Below are positions 57,925 through 64,000 of a stretch of DNA of 64,000 nt, piece after piece. The stretch comes from an uncultured bacterium (lineage in GTDB: Bacteria > Hydrothermota > UBA3073 > NMUJ01 > CBEVQO01). The DNA lies in NCBI GenBank assembly GCA_965552055.1, contig CBEVQO010000002.1, positions 352,001 through 416,000 on the forward strand, read 5' to 3'. The first letter of the stretch is position 1. Every line of letters begins with the position of its first letter. The position numbers and the translations under genes are program-made. The notes beneath the pieces are model-generated. The model had not been told where the DNA came from, searched no databases, and saw only the letters and a list, made by a program, of their open reading frames with translations.

Positions 57925-60756
57925 CTATCTTTGAGACCTGCAAATATTCTTATAAGGACAACCACGACACCTATATTCATCTTCACAATCCGCTGGATAT
58001 TCACCAGAAAATATTAATCTCATATAATTTTGTAACTTATCTTTCGCTTCTTCTATCTGAGAATCCAATACAAAGCCATCAGAAAGTAATTTCAACTTTA
58101 TTCCATCATCATGTATAAAATAAAAACCAAAATTCAACTTTTTACCGGGATATGCTTTTGATAACAGATAAAGATAAACATCGGGTTGCGTCATCTCCTT
58201 CCATATCCTTCCTCCTGCTCTCGGTGAAGAATGCTTGTAATCAATAATCTGGATACCCCGTCCATAAATACCATCAACTTCATCAATTCTATCAACTTTA
58301 CCTTTTAACTTTATCTTCCTTCCATCGAATTCAAATTTTTCTTCAAACCATTTTTCTGTTGCTATCACTTTAAAAGGAAATCTATACCGACGACGCTTCT
58401 CTTCTATTAAAAATTGAATCAGCAAGGGTAAAATTCTTTCAACCTGACTGCTCAAAAGATATTTATCGGCGATTATTCTGTCTCTCACGGCTTCTTCTAT
58501 TTTTTTATCAATCACTTTTTTCAATTCATCCTCATCAAAATCTTCTCCTATCATATCTCTGCATTCATTCAACACTTCATGTATTATGCTTCCTCTATCG
58601 ATTAATCTCATCGATGGCTCTGCTATTAACGGCTCTTTTATTTTCATAAGCTTTCTCATGTAAAATTTAAATTTGCACTGTACCAGATTATCAAAATCCG
58701 ATGCCGATAACTCTTCGATCTTTATCATATCTAATGGAATCCTGGCAACATTTTCTCTATTTGCTCTTTTTATTATCTCACTTACATTTTGAAATTCAAA
58801 TATTTTCCCATATTCTCCATGCAAATAACATAAATTTTTCTCGACATCGTCTTTACAAAATGCTTTATCAATTGAAGGCACATAAGCGAACTGCATATAA
58901 TCATCTTCTTCTTTATCTTCACGCAATCTCAAAACAGCCTCAATAAAACCAGATGGTAATAAAGGTCTACCTTCGCTATCCACAGAACTATAAGTTAAAA
59001 AAACTTTCTCCCTTGCAGTTAAAAGTGCAAAATAAAAAAGTAAAGGCTCTTCCTGATGTCTCCTCTTTGATGTGCTGAATACATTCCTCTTAAAAATTCT
59101 GTTAATTTCTTCTTTAACTTCATCTGCAAGATATGGGCTTTCATAATGTTTCTCCGGGAAAACTCCGTCGTTCAATCCTATACAGAATACAACTTTGAAT
59201 CTTAATCCAACAGCATCGTAAACATTTAAAACCTTAACACCATCAAATTTGTGCCAGTCAGAAGGCAAACTTATATCCTTTAAAGCATAGCTTAATGTAT
59301 CAACAAAATCCTGCAATTCAAAATCATAATTAAAAAGCCTGTAAGATAACAAAATTCTTTCGAATACATTCATAATGTTTTCAACAGCGATAGCATCTTT
59401 TCCTTCGAAAACTTTATATTTATCCACAATTTCATAAAACTTTTTTCTAAATTTATTCACGGAATTTGTTTTTAATTCTTTCACATCATCTATGAACTTT
59501 TTGATAAATTTTGCACAATTTTTTTCTTCACGCCTGTTTATATCTGCTTCCAAATCTGTATCTGCTTTTTTTCTTCGTCTACGCATTATCTCTGATTTTT
59601 CACAATATTCCTCATAACACTCCCAAAAAGTTCTGTGAGAATCACGAATATAACCCGTTTGCAGTAAAAGTGTCTCTATAAAGAAGTTAGAAGGCTTATT
59701 TTTCAAGAAGTCCGAGCTTAAAATCTTACGCAAAGCATCGCGCTCAAAATCCTTATCAGGAAGTGATAAAAGTTCTATCAAAAATTTAGTCAAAGGCAAA
59801 ACTATAAGTGGTAAACTTCTCCTGAAAGAAAAAGGTATCCCCCATTTTTTAAATTCCCTGTCAATAACAGGACCATAAAGCGTCATATTACGGACAATAA
59901 CAGCGATGTCATCAACATTATAGCCTTCATCGATCAACTCAAGTATTTTCCTTGCGACAAATTCCACCTCTCTAAAAATTCCTTCGCATTTTATTATTTT
60001 TACGGATTTCTCTCCTTTATACGGCTTAAAACCTTCTTCTTTCAATCTATCGGGTGTTTTGAAAATGTAGGCAAAAATATGCTTTAACTCTTCTGGATAA
60101 TCTTCTTCTGGCATTTCAAACAAAGGATTTGGGTCTATTGCTGTGAATCTTTCTCCGAGTTTCTCAAAGCTGCGGATGACCGGCTGGACAAAACGGAAAG
60201 CATCTTCACGCCATGGGTCATAAGGAACACGCACAAATAACCTGCCACCACGCTTTGCAAGCAGTTCACCGAGTTTGAAAATGAATTGCAACTGCATATA
60301 AGTGGGATTATAAAAACCTTCAAAAATTATCTCATCAAGGTCAGGAGGAAATAAATCTTCGAGATTTTCATAAATTATCCTCTCTTTATCAATATGGTCA
60401 ATGAAGCCCAATTTTCCTTTCAATCTTTCATATCGTTCATAAACATCTGCTATCAACTTAAGATGTCCCCCTATTTTCTTTGCTACTTCTTTCAGCTCGT
60501 ATGGCGTTATCATCGCCTGCTTTAATTCTCTTATGAATTCTATCATCTGATGGGCTCCAAATTCTTTCCCCATCTTTTTTCTTATTTCTTTAACAAGCAT
60601 GTATTCCATAAAATCATGAATAACTGGCTTTTTTTCTTTTAATTTTCTATAAAGAAATTCTATAAATTCTTGAAATGTAACTATCTGCCAGCCGTTTGCA
60701 TTTCCTATTTTTCGCAATTCATATTCTTTCCTTATTGTATTTGGCACTATTTTCAT
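57925..60756 (-). CDS. AddB/RexB-like protein with C-terminal PD-(D/E)XK nuclease and Fe-S cysteines
   Basis: DIAVIVR, GLNDGVFP, LSAS...CKFKFY, GSIIH, GKVDRID, IIDYK and CxxCxYxxIC. Confidence 0.85.
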   Translation of the reverse strand: MKIVPNTIRKEYELRKIGNANGWQIVTFQEFIEFLYRKLKEKKPVIHDFMEYMLVKEIRKKMGKEFGAHQMIEFIRELKQAMITPYELKEVAKKIGGHLKLIADVYERYERLKGKLGFIDHIDKERIIYENLEDLFPPDLDEIIFEGFYNPTYMQLQFIFKLGELLAKRGGRLFVRVPYDPWREDAFRFVQPVIRSFEKLGERFTAIDPNPLFEMPEEDYPEELKHIFAYIFKTPDRLKEEGFKPYKGEKSVKIIKCEGIFREVEFVARKILELIDEGYNVDDIAVIVRNMTLYGPVIDREFKKWGIPFSFRRSLPLIVLPLTKFLIELLSLPDKDFERDALRKILSSDFLKNKPSNFFIETLLLQTGYIRDSHRTFWECYEEYCEKSEIMRRRRKKADTDLEADINRREEKNCAKFIKKFIDDVKELKTNSVNKFRKKFYEIVDKYKVFEGKDAIAVENIMNVFERILLSYRLFNYDFELQDFVDTLSYALKDISLPSDWHKFDGVKVLNVYDAVGLRFKVVFCIGLNDGVFPEKHYESPYLADEVKEEINRIFKRNVFSTSKRRHQEEPLLFYFALLTAREKVFLTYSSVDSEGRPLLPSGFIEAVLRLREDKEEDDYMQFAYVPSIDKAFCKDDVEKNLCYLHGEYGKIFEFQNVSEIIKRANRENVARIPLDMIKIEELSASDFDNLVQCKFKFYMRKLMKIKEPLIAEPSMRLIDRGSIIHEVLNECRDMIGEDFDEDELKKVIDKKIEEAVRDRIIADKYLLSSQVERILPLLIQFLIEEKRRRYRFPFKVIATEKWFEEKFEFDGRKIKLKGKVDRIDEVDGIYGRGIQIIDYKHSSPRAGGRIWKEMTQPDVYLYLLSKAYPGKKLNFGFYFIHDDGIKLKLLSDGFVLDSQIEEAKDKLQNYMRLIFSGEYPADCEDEYRCRGCPYKNICRSQR

Positions 60757-61163
60757 TCTATTTTTATTTCGTAATCTATCTTTGCTGTCTTTTTGAGCAT
60801 AGCTCCAACAGAGCAATATTTTTCCTGTGATAATTCAACTGCTTTTTTTACTTTTTGTGGGTCTAAATTTTCGCCTTTTAAAATATAAATTAATTTAATA
60901 TCTGTAAAAACTCGTGGATGTTCGATTTTTCTTTCTGCCTCTATTTTTATTTTAAAATCTTTTACATTTTGCTTCATTTTCTTCAATATTGCGATTACAT
61001 CCATAGCCGTGCATCCTGCTTCTGCTACCAGCACCAGTTCCATTGGACATGGACCTGCGTTTTCACCGCCGTATTTCGGTAGAGAATCCATAAGAATTTT
61101 GTGACCGGTTTCTGTTTGAGCTTCAAATTTCATTCCACCGCACCATGAAAGCTCTGCATACAT
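60753..61163 (-). CDS. OsmC/YhfA family protein
   Basis: PMELVLVAEAGCTAMD and EKYCSV. Confidence 0.92.
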   Translation of the reverse strand: MYAELSWCGGMKFEAQTETGHKILMDSLPKYGGENAGPCPMELVLVAEAGCTAMDVIAILKKMKQNVKDFKIKIEAERKIEHPRVFTDIKLIYILKGENLDPQKVKKAVELSQEKYCSVGAMLKKTAKIDYEIKIE

Positions 61164-61338
61164 AATCCCTCCATACTTCTATTTTACTCTATCTGCAGTA
61201 ATGTCAAGGTTAAATCACAATTAAAAGGTGAAAATTTCTTTTAAATCATTCTCTGACAATATTTTTTCTTGCCATTTTTAAGAAAATTTTTGTTTTCTTA
61301 ATATCTTTTCGGAAAACAAGCAATAAAAATAAAATAAT

Positions 61339-62601
61339 TTATCGGGTTAAATCACAAATTGGTGTCCAGCCTTTTACTTCTTTTACTTTTACCCTTACGA
61401 AATCACCGATTTTAACCTCCCCCCTTATCACGCAAACTTTATCCTGACGGGTTTTGCCACGAAAATCGCTACGCTTTGCTTTGCCATCAACGAGCACTTC
61501 AAATTCTTTTCCTTCCATCTTCTTATTTATCTCTGTTGTTATTCTGTTCTGTAAACCTATCAAAATTTGCAGGCGTCTTAATCTTTCTTCTTCGGGTACT
61601 TTGGGCTCAAGTTTCACAGCAGCTGTCCCTTCTCTTTCCGAATATTTAAACATAAATGCATAATCAAATCGCACTTCTTTTACAAGATTTAAAGTTTCTT
61701 CAAAATCTTTCTCCGTTTCTGTTGGAAAGCCTACGATTATATCCGTTGTGAGGGCTAAATCTGGAATTGCTTTTCGCAGTTCTTCTACAAGTTTCAAATA
61801 TTCTTCAATTGTATATTTCCTATTCATAAGTTTAAGTATACGATTTGAGCCTGATTGCACAGGCAAATGTATTTTCTCACAAATTATATTCCTGTATTTT
61901 ACCATGACTTCGATAATATCCCGTGTGAAATATTTCGGATGGGAAGTTAAAAATCTCAGCCATTTAACTCCAGATTCCTTTGCTACCATCTCAAGCAGTT
62001 TCGCAAAATTAACCCCATTGTATTCATACTGATTTATAGATTGTCCGAGCAAAGTTATTTCTTTCACCCCTTTATCTACCAATCTTTTTGCTTCCGTAAG
62101 GATATCTTTATAAGGTCTGGAGATAAGCCTTCCTCTTACATATGGCACAATACAGTATGTGCAGTAGTTATCGCAGCCACGCATAACAGGAAGGAAAGCG
62201 GATACCCATGGCTGGTCTGCATAAATACCCGCGTAATCTTCTTTTTTCTCATCTACACATGAAATTTTTTGTGCACTTCTTATAAGTTGAGGTAGCAATC
62301 TATAATTTGATGGTCCTATTGTAATATCAGCGCTTTTTATTTTTTTTAGTTTTTGTGCCATGCAACCTGCTACAACTATTATTAAATCTGGATTTTTCTT
62401 TTTGAGACCAGAAAGCACATTTATCCTGCCGAGTGCACGCTTTTCTGCATGTTCACGCACACAACATGTGTTAACAATAATAACATCAGCATCTTTGGGA
62501 GAAGAAACCTCTTGAAAACCTTCTTTCTTCAAAATAGAGGCAATTAACCTCGAATCATAAACATTCATCTGACATCCATAGGTTATAATGTGGAATTTCA
62601 T
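61339..62601 (-). CDS. miaB: tRNA methylthiotransferase
   Basis: TYGCQMN, NTCCVRE, GCMAQ, GCDNYCTYC, TSHP and a TRAM domain. Confidence 0.93.
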   Translation of the reverse strand: MKFHIITYGCQMNVYDSRLIASILKKEGFQEVSSPKDADVIIVNTCCVREHAEKRALGRINVLSGLKKKNPDLIIVVAGCMAQKLKKIKSADITIGPSNYRLLPQLIRSAQKISCVDEKKEDYAGIYADQPWVSAFLPVMRGCDNYCTYCIVPYVRGRLISRPYKDILTEAKRLVDKGVKEITLLGQSINQYEYNGVNFAKLLEMVAKESGVKWLRFLTSHPKYFTRDIIEVMVKYRNIICEKIHLPVQSGSNRILKLMNRKYTIEEYLKLVEELRKAIPDLALTTDIIVGFPTETEKDFEETLNLVKEVRFDYAFMFKYSEREGTAAVKLEPKVPEEERLRRLQILIGLQNRITTEINKKMEGKEFEVLVDGKAKRSDFRGKTRQDKVCVIRGEVKIGDFVRVKVKEVKGWTPICDLTR

Positions 62602-62638
62602 AATATTAAATTAACATCAAAATTGGTTTGTCAAGTTG

Positions 62639-63028
62639 TTAGATGAAAATCACATTTGTAGTAGCAGATTTCATTTTTTCGTCAAAAGTTAAAACGCTTG
62701 CCCTTTCATTTGATGCTATGTATAGTAAGAAAGAACCAACAAAGGATAATTTATCTTTATTTGCTTTTTCAAGAGTTTCTTTAAATTCATCTCCAATAAC
62801 CCAATAAATGCGGAAATTTTCAAATATCCATTTACCAGCCTCTTTTGCTTTATCTTTTCCCATTCTTCGCCATATCAATGCAAGTGTTTCTATAAGCACC
62901 TCTGAGATTATCCATAACTCCCATTCATTATCAAGACATTTTTTAAATTTTTCAACTGCTTCTTGATGAAAATCATCGGTTTTTGATAGATAAGCATAAA
63001 TTGCAGAAGTATCAACAAATACTTTCAT
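62639..63028 (-). CDS. PIN/VapC-like protein
   Basis: VFVDTSA, VLIET and LTFD. Confidence 0.85.
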   Translation of the reverse strand: MKVFVDTSAIYAYLSKTDDFHQEAVEKFKKCLDNEWELWIISEVLIETLALIWRRMGKDKAKEAGKWIFENFRIYWVIGDEFKETLEKANKDKLSFVGSFLLYIASNERASVLTFDEKMKSATTNVIFI

Positions 63029-63582
63029 TTGCATAACAATTCGTCATGTTTTATTGATGCTCTTTTATCTGTATCTTCGAATATTCCTTGCATTTTTAGA
63101 AAGTTTTCTCTTTTTGCTAATTTTTCAGGGTCAACTTCAACATAGAGTGGTGAACGCCCGGGTGACATTGCCACTCTAACTCCATATTTTAAAGGAATTA
63201 TTTTTTCGGGTTTACCTTTTTTAAAAACTTTTTTGGATTTTCTTTTTGGTGGAAAGTTTTTGAAAATCTTGTTTAGCAGTTTATCGCAAGCTTTATAAAA
63301 AATGTCATCGCGTTTATCAGCAAAAGCAAGTTCTACCAAATATCTTAAAATCGTTTTGTCTCTCTCATTACTTTTATCTTTTATAAATTTTTCTATCTCT
63401 TTTTTTGCCATTTTCAAGAATTCTTCAGATTCTATAAACCACAGAGGTTCTCTTTCACTATGTGTCTCTTTTTTTCTTAATAATATTTCATAAATTTCTT
63501 TTGATAACGCTTTTATCTTTTCGGGCTCTTTTTCGAACTCTCTCTCAACTATTTTAACTATTTTTTCCTTATAATCTGGCAT
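63025..63582 (-). CDS. Hypothetical protein, probable antitoxin partner of the PIN gene
   Basis: ATGA-coupled to the PIN gene; C-terminal GIFED...ASIKHDELL resembles VapB-like antitoxin tails. Confidence 0.6.
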   Translation of the reverse strand: MPDYKEKIVKIVEREFEKEPEKIKALSKEIYEILLRKKETHSEREPLWFIESEEFLKMAKKEIEKFIKDKSNERDKTILRYLVELAFADKRDDIFYKACDKLLNKIFKNFPPKRKSKKVFKKGKPEKIIPLKYGVRVAMSPGRSPLYVEVDPEKLAKRENFLKMQGIFEDTDKRASIKHDELLCK

Positions 63583-63702
63583 ACCTTTTCACTTCTTCGC
63601 ATCTCCCAGTTATAGAAGGGACGATAAATGTTATTTATTATTACTTTCATTTTACTCTCTTTATAATTTAATCCGTTAATCTGTATGTCAAGGGATATTT
63701 TA

Positions 63703-64000
63703 TTAGAAATAATAGTATAGCCAGATGTTAAATGTCCCCCTTGTGAACATATCAAAGTTATATTGCCATGGATATTCCCTTTCACTAAACTCGTGTTTTT
63801 GGGTCTCTTCCACTGTCGTATAATCAGAATAAAATTTTACTCTCCTGATATATCGGCTCCTCTCGTATATATACCTTGTCTTTGATAACGAAAAAACATT
63901 TACCTTAAGAGAGATTGAAAATTTGCGTTTATTTATTTTAAAATAGTAATCGGATTTCAAATTTAAAGAGATGGAATAAATTTCATTTTTATCCTCATCT
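63703..64000 (-). CDS. 3' end of a gene entering from the window edge; beta-barrel-like C-terminus
   Basis: Frame stays open from 63960 to the window end and finishes FNIWLYYYF. Confidence 0.55.
   Translation of the reverse strand, partial: DEDKNEIYSISLNLKSDYYFKINKRKFSISLKVNVFSLSKTRYIYERSRYIRRVKFYSDYTTVEETQKHEFSEREYPWQYNFDMFTRGTFNIWLYYYF

Noticed and set aside
63558..63785. 75-aa minus-strand ORF
   Set aside because: It overlaps both neighbours and spans a promoter motif (63691-63665), so it is probably spurious.

Overview
An AT-rich, gene-dense bacterial chromosome segment from a probable anaerobe. Three secreted proteins carry T9SS-type C-terminal sorting domains, which suggests an FCB-related lineage, but the taxon cannot be fixed from this window. 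Core genes include an rrf2-nifS-nadA-nifU-adh cluster, iorAB, Ku plus an ATP-dependent ligase, NuoE/NuoF/2Fe-2S genes with an FMN glutamate-synthase-family gene, tyrS, coaE, secF, a tRNA nucleotidyltransferase, miaB and an AddB-like nuclease. The most notable features are: (1) a dispersed structured GC-rich element in three copies (30694-30967, 51543-51672, 55578-55682), each fused to the 3' end of a minus-strand gene, with a constant G-rich end, a variable-length stem-loop and tandem-GA hairpins, and two copies lying just upstream of accessory genes; (2) about 19 promoter-like motifs with an unusually short 15-bp spacer (TTGACA-N15-TAnnnT), many apparently leaderless; (3) an ECF sigma, small protein and TPR-CHAT protease operon; (4) three tandem coiled-coil/PD-(D/E)XK-like paralogs with near-identical C-termini and variable heptad number; (5) a candidate electron-bifurcating HydABC/Bfu-like module linked to a glutamate-synthase FMN protein; (6) an SbcCD-like pair with degenerate catalytic motifs. 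No rRNA, tRNA, CRISPR array, transposase or integrase was recognised. All product calls come from motif recognition by eye, not database searches.
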